Part shown: positions 1 through 9,683 of the stretch, piece by piece
How positions within the stretch are numbered: position 1 is the first letter of the stretch
Layout: each line of letters starts with the position of its first letter
From: Bacteroidota bacterium
GTDB taxonomy: Bacteria; Bacteroidota; Bacteroidia; J057; JAJTIE01
Direction of reading: 5' to 3'
NCBI GenBank assembly: GCA_021300195.1
Contig: JAJTIE010000010.1
Location: 15,605-79,604 of the forward strand
Length of the DNA: 64,000 nt
Notes under the pieces: generated by a model
The model's input: only the letters and a program-made list of their open reading frames with translations
The model's database searches: none
What the model was told of the DNA's origin: nothing
Program-made: the position numbers and the translations under genes

Positions 1-894
1 CTGGACGAAATAGCCGAGATGCCTATAAGTACCCAGGCACGCCTACTGCGGGTGCTGGAGAATGGCGAATACCTGCGTGTGGGCAGCAGCAAGGTGCAGA
101 AAACCGATGTGCGCGTAATTGCCGCTACCAACAAAAACCTCATTGAGTACATCCGGCAGGGCAAGTTTCGCGAAGACCTCTACTTCCGGCTCAATACCGT
201 TACCATCCAGGTGCCCCCGCTGAGGGAGCGGGGCAACGACATAGAGCTGCTCTTCCGCTATTTTGCCAATGAGTTTGGCACCCGCTACGGCAGGCCCCCC
301 GTGCAGCTTACTGCCGATGCCAAGGAGCTGCTGTATGACTACCACTGGCCGGGAAACATCCGCGAAATGCGCAATTTTGCTGAAAAAGTAACCGTGCTGT
401 GCGAGGGCGACGCGCTGGATAGGGCCAGCCTGCAGCGCTATCTGCCCACCCAGGAGAAAATGCTGATGCTCAGCCAGGGAGCTGGCTACCAGCAGGCAAG
501 CGAAGAGAGAGCCGGCCAGGGCTTCAGCAGTCGGAACGAGGAGTTCATCATACGCGGCATCCTGGAGCTGCGAAAGGAGATACACGAAATACGAGAGCTG
601 CTGGAGCTAAGCCTGCGCCCTGGCTATACAGACAGCTACGAGGACCTAAGGAGCAGTAAGTATGCGGGACCCTACTATGCAGGTAACAGCCCCTTTGCCA
701 GCCCAGACCCCATACCCACGACCCCGGTTACCCCCCCGCTGCTGGAAGAGTCGTTGTCGATCGAAAAAAAAGAGAAAGACCTGATAAAACGGGCGCTGGA
801 TAAATACGGCCAAAACCGGAAGAAGGCCGCCCGCGAACTGGGCATCAGCGAACGTACGCTCTACCGAAAAATAAAAACCTATGACCTGGAGTAA
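1..894 (+). CDS. sigma-54-dependent Fis-family transcriptional activator, C-terminal part (5' end lies outside the window)
   Basis: Frame 1 is open from nt 1 (LDEIAEMPISTQARLLRVLENGEY). It has AAA+ sigma-54-interaction motifs (RVIAATN, FREDLYFRLN, WPGNIREMRN) and a C-terminal Fis-type HTH (AARELGISERTLYRKIK). Confidence 0.9.
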   Translation: MDEIAEMPISTQARLLRVLENGEYLRVGSSKVQKTDVRVIAATNKNLIEYIRQGKFREDLYFRLNTVTIQVPPLRERGNDIELLFRYFANEFGTRYGRPPVQLTADAKELLYDYHWPGNIREMRNFAEKVTVLCEGDALDRASLQRYLPTQEKMLMLSQGAGYQQASEERAGQGFSSRNEEFIIRGILELRKEIHEIRELLELSLRPGYTDSYEDLRSSKYAGPYYAGNSPFASPDPIPTTPVTPPLLEESLSIEKKEKDLIKRALDKYGQNRKKAARELGISERTLYRKIKTYDLE

Positions 895-924
895 ACCCAC
901 AGCCACCCCTAACGTAAAGCCTGT

Positions 925-1419
925 ATGCGGTACTACCACCTAGTGTACACCTGCCTGCTGGGCCTGGCCCTGCTAGCCGCCTGCCAGTACAGCCAGGCTG
1001 GCGGCAAGCTGGAGGGAGAGACCATAACCGTGGCCAAGCTGGGCAATACGGCCACCCTGGTAGTGCCTAGCCTGGCACAAAACTTTACCGAAGCGCTGCG
1101 CGACAAATTTCTGCAACAAACGCGGCTGAAGCTGACCGACCGCGAGGGGGACCTGCAATTTAGCGGAAACATCACCCGATATGAGGTGGTGCCCCTGACA
1201 ATACAGGCGGGCGACCAGGCCAGCCAGAACCGGATGAACCTGACTGTGCATATCCGCTTTACCCACCGGCTGGCACCAGAGCAGAGCTGGGAGCAGGATT
1301 TCACCAACTTTATAGACTTCCCTGCCGAGCAGAATGCACAGGCCGAAACGCTGTACCTACCCGAACTGGTGAATAAACTGGTGCAGGATATCTTTACAAA
1401 AACCCTCTCGAACTGGTAA
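925..1419 (+). CDS. lptE: LptE-family outer-membrane lipoprotein
   Basis: It has a signal peptide with a lipobox (LALLAAC) and is about 164 aa. It occupies the position between the sigma-54 regulator and secG that is typical of Bacteroidota LptE. Confidence 0.6.
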   Translation: MRYYHLVYTCLLGLALLAACQYSQAGGKLEGETITVAKLGNTATLVVPSLAQNFTEALRDKFLQQTRLKLTDREGDLQFSGNITRYEVVPLTIQAGDQASQNRMNLTVHIRFTHRLAPEQSWEQDFTNFIDFPAEQNAQAETLYLPELVNKLVQDIFTKTLSNW

Positions 1420-1430
1420 TTTAAAGGACT

Positions 1431-4028
1431 ATGAATCCCATTCAGCTGTACCAAAAGGCCTTCTACACCAACCTATCGCTAGCCGAGCGAACCTGGATGG
1501 AGGAGCAGATGCAAGCGCATCCCTACTTCTCGGTGCTTCATCTGGTAGAAGCCAAAAACAGCCTGCACGAGGGCCGAGCAGATGCAGAACACCTGCGCAC
1601 CATCGGTGCCATCTATGCCACCGACCGGCAAAAGTTTGCCGAATACATGGATCAGGCCCTCAAGATCAAACTGCCTGAAGTGCCCCCCCCACCGGCAGAA
1701 TCCACCGATTCTGACCATGCCAGCGCAAAGGCCATAGACGAAAAGGAGGAACCTGAGGTGCCCGTACTACCCGTGTCAGAGGCACCGGCACCTCAGTACC
1801 CCACCCTGCCTCTGACAACGGAACAGCCCGCCACCCCTACCCTACCACCGGTAGCCGAGCCAAAGGCTCGAGCGGAAGCGCCCGGGCTACTGCCGGATGA
1901 TGCGATAAAGGCAGAAAACGAACCCACCCAAGAAATACAGCCCCCTGCGGGCACAGGCAAGCGTACGGAGGAAGCCACCGAACTGGAAACTGCCAGGGCG
2001 ATGGCGCAGCCTGCCGAAGTGGTTCCGACCGGCACAGGGACAGAACCCCCCCTGCCTGCCAGTGAGCTCAATACCCGCCTGGAAGATCGCCTCCGGCAGG
2101 TGCTAAGTGGCCACCAGGAACTGGGGGGCCAGATACGCAGCCAGATACGTAGCCATACCACCACCACCAGCAGGCCCGAAACGACGGCACCCGCCGCAGG
2201 CACCCCACCGGCCTACCCGGAGCCGGTAAGCCCGGCAGCCAGCGCACCGGCAACCCGTAAGGGCGAAGACCATGGTTCGCTGGACGAACTGCAGGCCCAG
2301 CTGGAGGAATTTGTAGAGGCTAAAAAGCAAGCGGCTGCACGAACAGAAGAGATATCCCACCCAGCGGCGCCCACCCGGGTGCCCCCCATACTGGAGGGCG
2401 AAAATAGCCTCAAACGGTTTGTACCCCTGGAAGCCGACCCCAAGCCCGAAACCCTGAACGCGCCCACACGCGAGGCCGAGGCACCGGCACAGCCCACAAC
2501 ACCGGAGGCTATACCGGCTGAGCCGAAACCCCAGCAGCTGCCCCACACACACCCCACGGAGCCGATTCAGACGGAGAGCTTCAAACGATTTGTGCCCCTG
2601 CTGCCCGACCCAAAACCTGAAACCCTGAATGCGCCGCAGAGCAGGCACGAACAACCCGATATGCAGGGGGGCAGCATGGAGGTGCCGCCCATAGATGTTG
2701 AGCCACAGGAACCCCTGGAAGAAAGCATCCCGACGGAGGGGCTCCGTACAGAGAGTTTCGACCGGTTTGTGCCCCTGGAAACAGAGAGCAAGTTTAATCA
2801 GCTGCCCGGTGCAGCCGAAAACCAGGTAGAGACTGCGCAAGAAGTTCTGCCGACCAGTCAGCCCGCTGCTGCGGAAATCCTGGCGGTAGACGCACCCGTG
2901 GTAGAATCCATAGCCCCGGAAAAACAACCTGCTGTAGAAGCAGCGGTACTCGGCACCTTCCGCCAACAAGATAGCCAGCCTATTCCCACTGATCCGCTGG
3001 GAAAAATTGTACCCATTACTACCGAGTCCTTTGCCCGCTTCATCCCATTGGAAGCCGATCCTAAGCCTGCTACCCTGAACGCCCCCAGCCAGCTGCCCGA
3101 GGAGCCACAAAGCGACGAGGCCACGGTCCGGCCAGAAGCCCAGTCGGCAACTACGCCGACAGCCACCCCACCAGAACCCCTGCCCGCAGCGCAGCAGGCT
3201 ACCCCAACCCGACCCACAACGCACGAAACGGACGGCGGAATACTGGATCTGATCCTGGGAATGGCCAGCGAATTTCAAACCGAATATGACGCCCCCAAAC
3301 CGAAAGAAGCGCCCGAGGCTGCTACCCACCTACCCTCATCTGTAGCCGAGCCTACGCCCACACCAGCGGTAGTAGTGCCAGAAGCGCACCCACAGAAGAC
3401 AGAAGCCGCACTCCCCCAGGCTGAGCCAGCAGCGGCGAAAGAAGAAGCAGCCGAGGTGCACACACCTGCACCCACCGAAACCCGCCAGCAGACTGCAAGC
3501 GTGCCTGCACAAGACACGGCCCTGGATGCGCGGCTCAAAACTTTCCGCGAAAATCTGGACAAAATCAAGACCAAAACGACCGCTAACCCTACCCACATCA
3601 CCCTGGAAAGCATACAGGAGAAATATCTGAACAGTGTGGTGCAGTCCTTTGGAGAGGGTTCCGGCAGCACACCCGCCACACCCCCACCCGCCACGCCCGC
3701 AGAGGCCCAACAACCTGACGCTGAAGCTGAAATGCCTACCGCCACAGATATACCACAGAGCAAAAAAATAGACCAGATGCTAGAACGGCTCGGTAGTTTT
3801 CATCCCAAGCCGGGCCCTGGCGAAGACGAATACCTGGATGAGGCCAGCCTACAGAACCGGGCAGCCCAGGCCGAAGCCCGACCCACTACCTATGCCACCG
3901 AAACACTGGCCAGGGTGCATGTACAGCAGGGGAATGTGGAGACCGCAATTGAAATTTATGAGAAACTGAAATTGCTATATCCTGAGAAAAGTGCGTACTT
4001 TGAAGCCGAAATTTCAAAACTGAAATGA
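1431..4028 (+). CDS. Pro/Glu/Ala-rich repeat protein with a conserved N-terminal domain and a TPR-like C-terminus
   Basis: This is an 865-aa ORF whose stop overlaps the secG start (ATGA). The N-terminus is structured (MNPIQLYQKAFYTNLSLAERTWMEEQMQAHPYFSVLHLVEAK). The C-terminus is TPR-like (LARVHVQQGNVETAIEIYEKLKLLYPEKSAYFEAEISKLK). The roughly 700-aa middle is low-complexity. Confidence 0.7.
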   Translation: MNPIQLYQKAFYTNLSLAERTWMEEQMQAHPYFSVLHLVEAKNSLHEGRADAEHLRTIGAIYATDRQKFAEYMDQALKIKLPEVPPPPAESTDSDHASAKAIDEKEEPEVPVLPVSEAPAPQYPTLPLTTEQPATPTLPPVAEPKARAEAPGLLPDDAIKAENEPTQEIQPPAGTGKRTEEATELETARAMAQPAEVVPTGTGTEPPLPASELNTRLEDRLRQVLSGHQELGGQIRSQIRSHTTTTSRPETTAPAAGTPPAYPEPVSPAASAPATRKGEDHGSLDELQAQLEEFVEAKKQAAARTEEISHPAAPTRVPPILEGENSLKRFVPLEADPKPETLNAPTREAEAPAQPTTPEAIPAEPKPQQLPHTHPTEPIQTESFKRFVPLLPDPKPETLNAPQSRHEQPDMQGGSMEVPPIDVEPQEPLEESIPTEGLRTESFDRFVPLETESKFNQLPGAAENQVETAQEVLPTSQPAAAEILAVDAPVVESIAPEKQPAVEAAVLGTFRQQDSQPIPTDPLGKIVPITTESFARFIPLEADPKPATLNAPSQLPEEPQSDEATVRPEAQSATTPTATPPEPLPAAQQATPTRPTTHETDGGILDLILGMASEFQTEYDAPKPKEAPEAATHLPSSVAEPTPTPAVVVPEAHPQKTEAALPQAEPAAAKEEAAEVHTPAPTETRQQTASVPAQDTALDARLKTFRENLDKIKTKTTANPTHITLESIQEKYLNSVVQSFGEGSGSTPATPPPATPAEAQQPDAEAEMPTATDIPQSKKIDQMLERLGSFHPKPGPGEDEYLDEASLQNRAAQAEARPTTYATETLARVHVQQGNVETAIEIYEKLKLLYPEKSAYFEAEISKLK
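2403..3086 (+). repeat. Four copies of a coding repeat (E/N)S(F/L)xRF(V/I)PL(E/L)xDPKPxTLNAP inside the Pro-rich protein
   Basis: The copies lie at about 2403-2466, 2574-2636, 2751-2810 (degenerate) and 3021-3086. They are similar at both peptide and nucleotide level. Confidence 0.8.
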
Positions 4029-4378
4029 TCTATCTATTCGTTATCATCCTGCTACTCGTGTGTGTAGCAATCCTGGGGCTCATCCTTATTCAAAACAGCA
4101 AGGGCGGTGGCCTGGCCAGTAATATGGCCGGATCTCAGATTGCCAGCCAAATGATGGGAACACGCCGCGCCGGCGATACCGTGGTTAAGCTTACCTGGTA
4201 CCTGATGGGCGCGCTGGTGATCATCACCTTTCTCATAAACCTGAGCATGGCCCCAGCCGGCCCAGCGGTGAATGAAAGGGAACAAGCCCAGCCTGCTGCC
4301 GCACCGGCAGCTGCGCCTGCCGCACCGGCTACGCCCGCTGCACCTGCGCCAGCTAGCCCCGGCCAGCCACAGCAGTAG
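4025..4378 (+). CDS. secG: preprotein translocase subunit SecG with an Ala/Pro-rich C-terminal tail
   Basis: It has two TM helices and the SecG signature region (LILIQNSKGGGLASNMAG...MGTRRAGDTVVKLTWYL). The tail reads PAAAPAAAPAAPATPAAPAPASP. Confidence 0.85.
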   Translation: MIYLFVIILLLVCVAILGLILIQNSKGGGLASNMAGSQIASQMMGTRRAGDTVVKLTWYLMGALVIITFLINLSMAPAGPAVNEREQAQPAAAPAAAPAAPATPAAPAPASPGQPQQ

Positions 4379-4496
4379 TCGCTCCCGGAATTTCTGCGGG
4401 CGTCTCTCTGCATCATAGCGTGCTATAGCTCCCCTGTGCAGGCATGCATAGCGCTCCCGCCCGTATCTATCCCCCCGTACGTTCGTTTTACCTACT

Positions 4497-6494
4497 ATGG
4501 CTACCCGCTCTCTCCTGTCTATTGACTATCAGCGTGGCGACCTTTCAAACGAAGAGCTAATTCAGCTCTATCGCGCCATTCTGCTCCCCCGGATGATTGA
4601 AGAGAAGATGCTGATCCTGCTACGGCAAAACAAGATCAGCAAATGGTTTTCGGGCATCGGGCAGGAGGCCGTGTCTGTGGGGCTAACCCAGGCGCTGAAT
4701 GCGGCAGACTTCATCTACCCCCTGCACCGAAACTTGGGCGTATTCACCAGCCGAAATGTACCCCTGCAGCAGCTATTTGAGCAGTGGCAGGGAAAACCCG
4801 GCGGGTTTACCAAGGGGCGAGACCGCTCCTTCCACTTTGGCACCGAGCAGCACCGCATCATTGGCATGATCTCTCACCTGGGTGCCATGCTGGGCGTGGC
4901 CGACGGCACCAGCCTGGCCAGCAACCTACAGGGCCAGGACTTCATCTCCGTTGCTTTTTCCGGAGACGGGGGTGCCAGCGAGGGCGACTTTCACGAGGCA
5001 CTGAATACCGCTGCCGTGTGGCAGCTGCCCGTACTGTTTGTGGTAGAAAACAATGGCTATGGGCTAAGCACGCCCAGCCACGAGCAGTTTAGGTGCAAAC
5101 AGTTTATAGACAAGGGCATAGGCTATGGTATGGAGGCCGTGCAGGTAGATGGCAATAACCTGCTGGAGGTATACCGCACCGCGCGCAGGCTTGTGGCCCG
5201 CATGCGTGTGGAACGAAAGCCCATCTTGCTGGAGGCCATGACCTTCCGCATGCGTGGGCACGAAGAGGCCAGCGGTACCAAATACGTACCCCAGGCACTC
5301 ATGGACGAGTGGGCGCAGAAGGACCCAGTGCAGAACTACGAGGGCTACCTGCTGGAAACCGGGGTACTGAGCGAGCAGGATGTAGCCGACATCCGCAAGG
5401 AAACCCGGGACCAGATCAACCTGAACTGGAAGCAAGCCATGGCCGCCCCAGACGTGGCACCGAACCTGGCAGCCGAGCTGGGGGACGTGTATCCTGCCCT
5501 AGATGTGCCCGAGGTACAGCCCACCGGGCCCGAACCCGAGCGCCGCTTTGTAGATGCCATAAGCGAAGGCCTGCGCCAGAGCATGGAGCGCCACCCCGAG
5601 CTGGTGCTGATGGGACAGGATATAGCTGACTATGGAGGTGTATTCAAGATTACGGACGGCTTTACAGAAGCATTCGGAAAAGAACGGGTACGTAATACCC
5701 CCCTCTGCGAAAGCGCCATAGTGGGGGCAGCCTTTGGCCTCAGCCTGGCCGGGCACCGGGCCATGGTAGAGATGCAGTTTGCCGACTTTGTAAGCTGTGG
5801 GTTCAACCAGATCGTGAACAACCTGGCCAAAAACCACTACCGCTGGGGGCACGCCCCCCGTTTAGTGGTGCGCATGCCCACCGGTGCCGGGGTGGCAGCC
5901 GGGCCATTCCACAGCCAGAGCAACGAAGCCTGGTTTTTCCACACCCCCGGTTTGGTGATCTGCTACCCCAGCAACCCCTACGATGCGAAGGGCCTGCTGA
6001 ACAGCGCCCTGGCCTACGGGGGGCCCGCCCTGTACTTTGAGCACAAAAAGCTGTACCGGAGCCTGAGTGGCCCGGTGCCCACAGCCTACTACACCCTGCC
6101 GCTGGGCCAGGCCCGCGTGGTGCGCAGTGGGCAGGATGCGACCATTGTAACCTACGGCATGGGCGTACACTGGGCACAGGCAGCCGTAGAAGCCCTGAAA
6201 GCCGATGTGGAGATCATTGACCTACGCACACTGGTACCCTGGGATCGAGAAACCGTATACGCCTCCATCCGCAAAACTGGCAAGGTGCTGATGCTGCATG
6301 AAGACACCCTAACCGGCGGCATAGGAGCCGAATGGGCGGCCTGCGTGGCCGAAGACCTGTTTGAGCAGCTAGACGGCCCCATTATGCGGGTGGGGAGCCT
6401 GGATAGCCCCGTGCCCTTCCACGCCGCCCTGGAGGAGCAGTTCCTGCCCGAGGCACGCCTGCGCGAAAAACTGGAGAGCCTGCTGGGCTATTAG
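4497..6494 (+). CDS. thiamine-diphosphate-dependent 2-oxoacid dehydrogenase E1 component, fused alpha+beta subunits
   Basis: The alpha half has the TPP motif GDGGASEGDFHEALNTAAVWQLPVLFVVENNGYG. The beta half has RVRNTPLCESAIVGAAFGLSLAG plus a transketolase-like C-terminus. Confidence 0.85.
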   Translation: MATRSLLSIDYQRGDLSNEELIQLYRAILLPRMIEEKMLILLRQNKISKWFSGIGQEAVSVGLTQALNAADFIYPLHRNLGVFTSRNVPLQQLFEQWQGKPGGFTKGRDRSFHFGTEQHRIIGMISHLGAMLGVADGTSLASNLQGQDFISVAFSGDGGASEGDFHEALNTAAVWQLPVLFVVENNGYGLSTPSHEQFRCKQFIDKGIGYGMEAVQVDGNNLLEVYRTARRLVARMRVERKPILLEAMTFRMRGHEEASGTKYVPQALMDEWAQKDPVQNYEGYLLETGVLSEQDVADIRKETRDQINLNWKQAMAAPDVAPNLAAELGDVYPALDVPEVQPTGPEPERRFVDAISEGLRQSMERHPELVLMGQDIADYGGVFKITDGFTEAFGKERVRNTPLCESAIVGAAFGLSLAGHRAMVEMQFADFVSCGFNQIVNNLAKNHYRWGHAPRLVVRMPTGAGVAAGPFHSQSNEAWFFHTPGLVICYPSNPYDAKGLLNSALAYGGPALYFEHKKLYRSLSGPVPTAYYTLPLGQARVVRSGQDATIVTYGMGVHWAQAAVEALKADVEIIDLRTLVPWDRETVYASIRKTGKVLMLHEDTLTGGIGAEWAACVAEDLFEQLDGPIMRVGSLDSPVPFHAALEEQFLPEARLREKLESLLGY

Positions 6495-6641
6495 GGATCC
6501 GGCACAATGCAGGTGGATAGCAGGCCGCCCTGGCCCCGGTGGTTGCCAAAACTGCCCTGACGCACAAGAATAAGGCGTTAAAAATCGTTAACCGGAGCAA
6601 AACTACCGTCGGGTAATGCTGCCAGCCCCGCAGGCTTTGTG

Positions 6642-6649
6642 TACCTTTG
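6642..6649 (+). promoter_or_regulatory. candidate Bacteroidota -7 promoter box (TAccTTTG)
   Basis: It matches TAnnTTTG and lies 38 nt upstream of the ATG at 6687. Confidence 0.4.
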
Positions 6650-6686
6650 CAGAGCGAACAGAAAACAACCGGCTTAAATAGCGCTG

Positions 6687-7574
6687 ATGGCACGCAAATA
6701 TTTTATCTATAACTCGGATACGTATCGGTATGAAGCCCATATCCTTACGAAACAGCAAAAGCTAAATAAACTGGGCTGGACAATGGGCGGAGCAGCTGTA
6801 CTCACTGCGCTATTCCTTGCCCTTAACTACTGGGTGCTGGGAGACATAAGCAAAGGCGCGGCAGACAACCTGAATAAGCAGCTGGCAGACCAAATGATGG
6901 ACCTGCGCCTGCAGCTGCAAAAGATGGATCTATCTATCGAAAAGATACACAAGAACGATCAGTCGTACTTCCGCAGCATCCTGAACCTGCCTAAGATAAC
7001 TACAAGTGAGTGGGAAGCCGGTTTTGGTGGCTCCGAACAATCCATCTATGAGGGGAAGCCCAACTATCTGCGCCAGACCCTAATACTGGAGCAAAAGCTG
7101 AACCACAAATTCAGCTTGCAGAAACAAAGCTTCCGGGAGCTGGCTACCGCTAGTGCAGCCAACCAGGATCAGCTAAGCAAAGTGCCCACCCTGCGCCCCC
7201 TGAAGGGCCGTATTTTAAGTGGATTTGGCTATCGCAGAGACCCCATCTCCGGCGGTGTGCATTTTCACCCAGGCCTGGACCTGGATGCCCGGTACGGCGA
7301 ACCCATACATGCCGTAGCCGAAGGCACTGTGATAGAAGCCGGTGGATCCGATGGCGGCTATGGCATCCAGGTAGAGATAGACCATGGCTACGGCTATGTA
7401 ACCAAGTATGCCCACATGAGCAAGCTGGCTGTAAAGCCTGGCCAGAAAGTAAAGCGCAAGGACGTGATCGGCTATGTAGGCAACACGGGGTATTCCGTAG
7501 GCGCCCACCTGCACTATGAGGTGATCCGATACGGAAACAAAATCGACCCGCGCGACTACATCCTGGCAGACTAG
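6687..7574 (+). CDS. M23-family (LytM-type) metallopeptidase with an N-terminal membrane anchor and coiled coil
   Basis: It carries the M23 motifs HPGLDLDA and GNTGYSVGAHLHYEV, plus an N-terminal TM segment (GGAAVLTALFLALNYWVL). Confidence 0.85.
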   Translation: MARKYFIYNSDTYRYEAHILTKQQKLNKLGWTMGGAAVLTALFLALNYWVLGDISKGAADNLNKQLADQMMDLRLQLQKMDLSIEKIHKNDQSYFRSILNLPKITTSEWEAGFGGSEQSIYEGKPNYLRQTLILEQKLNHKFSLQKQSFRELATASAANQDQLSKVPTLRPLKGRILSGFGYRRDPISGGVHFHPGLDLDARYGEPIHAVAEGTVIEAGGSDGGYGIQVEIDHGYGYVTKYAHMSKLAVKPGQKVKRKDVIGYVGNTGYSVGAHLHYEVIRYGNKIDPRDYILAD

Positions 7575-7678
7575 CCGAGTGTAGCGCGGCAGAAGCTGAA
7601 GCCAAGTAGAAACTATCCGAAAAATAGAGCACCCACAGCGGGGTGCCTGGGGCATTCATCCAGTCAGCAATTTATTTA

Positions 7679-7686
7679 TACATTTG
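7679..7686 (+). promoter_or_regulatory. candidate -7 promoter box (TAcaTTTG)
   Basis: It matches TAnnTTTG and lies 37 nt upstream of the ATG at 7724. Confidence 0.35.
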
Positions 7687-7723
7687 CCAGCCCAAGCCGA
7701 TACACGGGGGATCTATAAAGAGT

Positions 7724-8281
7724 ATGGCAAAAAAAATCCTGTTCCTGGATCGAGATGGTACCATCATACGCGAGCCAGACGACTTTTGTGTAAACCGCCT
7801 GGATAAGATCAGCTTCCTGCCGGGGGTTATCGGGTCGCTGGCCCGCCTGTGTGCAGCCGGATATGAGCTGGTACTGGTAACCAATCAAGATGGGTTGGGG
7901 ACTGAGGCCTTCCCTTACTCAGACTTTGAGGGGCCAAACCAGTTTATGTTGGATATTCTGGCTAGCGAGGGGGTTTCCTTTCTGGAAATTTGTGTAGATG
8001 GACACTATGCGCATGAACAGCATCCCAACCGGAAGCCCGGAACGGGCATGATTCTGCCCCTGCTGAAGAAGTATGAGGTAGACCTGGCCAGCAGCTGGGT
8101 GGTTGGCGACCGAAAAACGGATGCCAAGCTGGCCGAAAACCTGGGCTGCGCCAGCATTACCATCAAAGACCCCGCTAGCAAGGATGGAGATGTAGGCCTG
8201 GCCGACATGCCCCAGCACCCCACCTGGCAGGTGCGCAGCTGGGCCGAAATTGTGGCGCGCTTGTTACCCGCAGGGCACTAA
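7724..8281 (+). CDS. HAD-IIIA phosphatase resembling the HisB N-terminal histidinol-phosphatase domain (GmhB-related)
   Basis: It has LFLDRDGTII, LVTNQDGLGT and GDRKTD motifs, and its overall pattern is close to the E. coli HisB N-domain. I chose the internal ATG (MAKKILF) over the GTG at 7643 in the track. The Zn-site Cys residues before RKP are replaced (HPNRKP). Confidence 0.7.
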   Translation: MAKKILFLDRDGTIIREPDDFCVNRLDKISFLPGVIGSLARLCAAGYELVLVTNQDGLGTEAFPYSDFEGPNQFMLDILASEGVSFLEICVDGHYAHEQHPNRKPGTGMILPLLKKYEVDLASSWVVGDRKTDAKLAENLGCASITIKDPASKDGDVGLADMPQHPTWQVRSWAEIVARLLPAGH

Positions 8282-8491
8282 CCGGTTCCGAGCATTGTTT
8301 CAATAGATTCAAATAGGCGATGAAACCGCTTTTTTCCACAGAAACGTAACCTTCCGATTATACATACGTACATAGCCGTAGTTATAAGCCCAGCACCGGT
8401 GGAAAGCAGCGGAGAGCCTGAAACGCAAGCAAGCAAGGCTCATTACAACCTTCTTCCAGAAACTTCTTCTAATTACATACCCACTACCCGC

Positions 8492-9358
8492 ATGAGACAA
8501 TTAAAGATTAGCAAGCAGATTACCAACCGGGAATCTCAATCTTTAGACAAGTATCTCCAGGAGATTGGAAAAGTAGAGCTCTTGACCCCCGATGAGGAGG
8601 TAGAGCTTGCCCGCCGCATTAGAGAGGGAGACCAAACTGCCCTGGAAAAACTAACCAAGGCCAACCTGCGCTTTGTAGTGTCGGTGGCCAAGCAGTACCA
8701 AAATCAGGGTCTTTCTCTGGGCGATTTGATTAATGAAGGGAACCTGGGCCTGATTAAGGCCGCCAAGCGTTTTGATGAAACCCGGGGCTTCAAGTTTATT
8801 TCCTATGCAGTGTGGTGGATCCGCCAGAGCATACTGCAGGCCCTGGCCGAGCAGAGCCGCATTGTGCGCCTGCCGCTGAACCGGGTAGGTGCACTGAACA
8901 AGATTGGCAAAGCATTCAGCAAACTGGAGCAGGAGTATGAGCGTGAGCCTGCCCCACACGAAATTGCCGAGGCGATAGAGGGCATGAGTGCCAGCGAAGT
9001 AAGCGATACCCTGAAGATTGCCGGGCGCCACATCAGCATGGATGCGCCTTTTGTGCAAGGTGAGGAAAACCGCCTGTTGGATGTGCTGGAAAATGACGAG
9101 GAGCCCAGACCAGACCAAGGCCTGATAAATGAAAGCCTGAGCCAAGAGGTGGAGCGCGCCCTGAGTACCCTGACCCAGCGCGAGGCAGAGGTGGTGTGCC
9201 TCTACTTTGGTATCGGCGTAGAGCACAGCCTGACCCTGGAAGAGATAGGCGAAAAGTTTGACCTAACCCGTGAACGGGTACGCCAGATTAAGGAGAAAGC
9301 CATACGCCGGCTGCGCCACACCAGCCGCAGCAAGATGCTGAAGGCTTACCTGGGCTAG
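8492..9358 (+). CDS. rpoD: primary RNA polymerase sigma factor (short Bacteroidota SigA/RpoD type)
   Basis: It has region 1.2 ([16 protein letters not shown]), region 2 ([51 protein letters not shown]) and region 4 ([28 protein letters not shown]). I chose the start at the ATG giving MRQLKIS. Confidence 0.9.
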   Translation: MRQLKISKQITNRESQSLDKYLQEIGKVELLTPDEEVELARRIREGDQTALEKLTKANLRFVVSVAKQYQNQGLSLGDLINEGNLGLIKAAKRFDETRGFKFISYAVWWIRQSILQALAEQSRIVRLPLNRVGALNKIGKAFSKLEQEYEREPAPHEIAEAIEGMSASEVSDTLKIAGRHISMDAPFVQGEENRLLDVLENDEEPRPDQGLINESLSQEVERALSTLTQREAEVVCLYFGIGVEHSLTLEEIGEKFDLTRERVRQIKEKAIRRLRHTSRSKMLKAYLG

Positions 9359-9411
9359 GGATCACTAGCAGCAGAGCCCCCCTCAAAAGGGATTTGTACC
9401 GAACTTTCAGC

Positions 9412-9455
9412 AGTGAGCAGGTTCGCATAAAGAGCCTGCTCACTCTGTGTTGTTT
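9412..9455 (+). terminator. candidate intrinsic terminator downstream of rpoD
   Basis: A 10-bp stem pairs AGTGAGCAGG (9412-9421) with CCTGCTCACT (9435-9444), followed by the T-rich CTGTGTTGTTT. Confidence 0.45.
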
Positions 9456-9683
9456 GGCCCTTTGCAAATAACCCCCAGGTAGTACCCTGGTCTCCAGCTC
9501 ATCGAAACCTGATTTCATCAACAACTCCATGAATAAGGAGTGGGTATTCGCTGTGCACGGGAGCTGCCAGTTACAGCACCATACTCCTCCGAGGAAGGCA
9601 CAGGTAGTACGTTAGTACGTACGTATCACCCACCTTTCGGGCAGAACACCACACGCCTGGCAAACCCCTGAGTGCGCAAATAC

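Noticed and set aside
2403-3086. Periodic repeats, considered as a possible CRISPR-like or other non-coding array.
   Set aside because: The repeats are in frame within a long ORF, are conserved as a peptide motif, have irregular spacing (171/177/270 nt), and have no cas genes nearby. I interpret them as coding repeats.
2103-3329. A 408-aa minus-strand ORF antisense to the Pro-rich protein gene, along with several other long antisense ORFs between 1479 and 3763.
   Set aside because: Its Arg/Gly/Cys/Trp-rich composition is typical of off-frame translation of GC-rich DNA. It has no recognisable domain and is fully overlapped by a plus-strand gene that sits in an operon context (lptE upstream, ATGA-coupled secG downstream).
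6577-6587. The exact 11-mer GTTAAAAATCG, shared with 32790..32800.
   Set aside because: With about 2e9 position pairs in 64 kb and 4^11 (about 4.2e6) possible 11-mers, hundreds of exact 11-mer coincidences are expected by chance, and more still in AT-rich spacers. It is not evidence on its own.
9605-9624. The tandem TAGTACGT-TAGTACGT-ACGT in the convergent spacer between rpoD and the second E1 gene.
   Set aside because: This is a short, self-complementary low-complexity element located between two 3' ends. No associated gene start or structure suggests a function.
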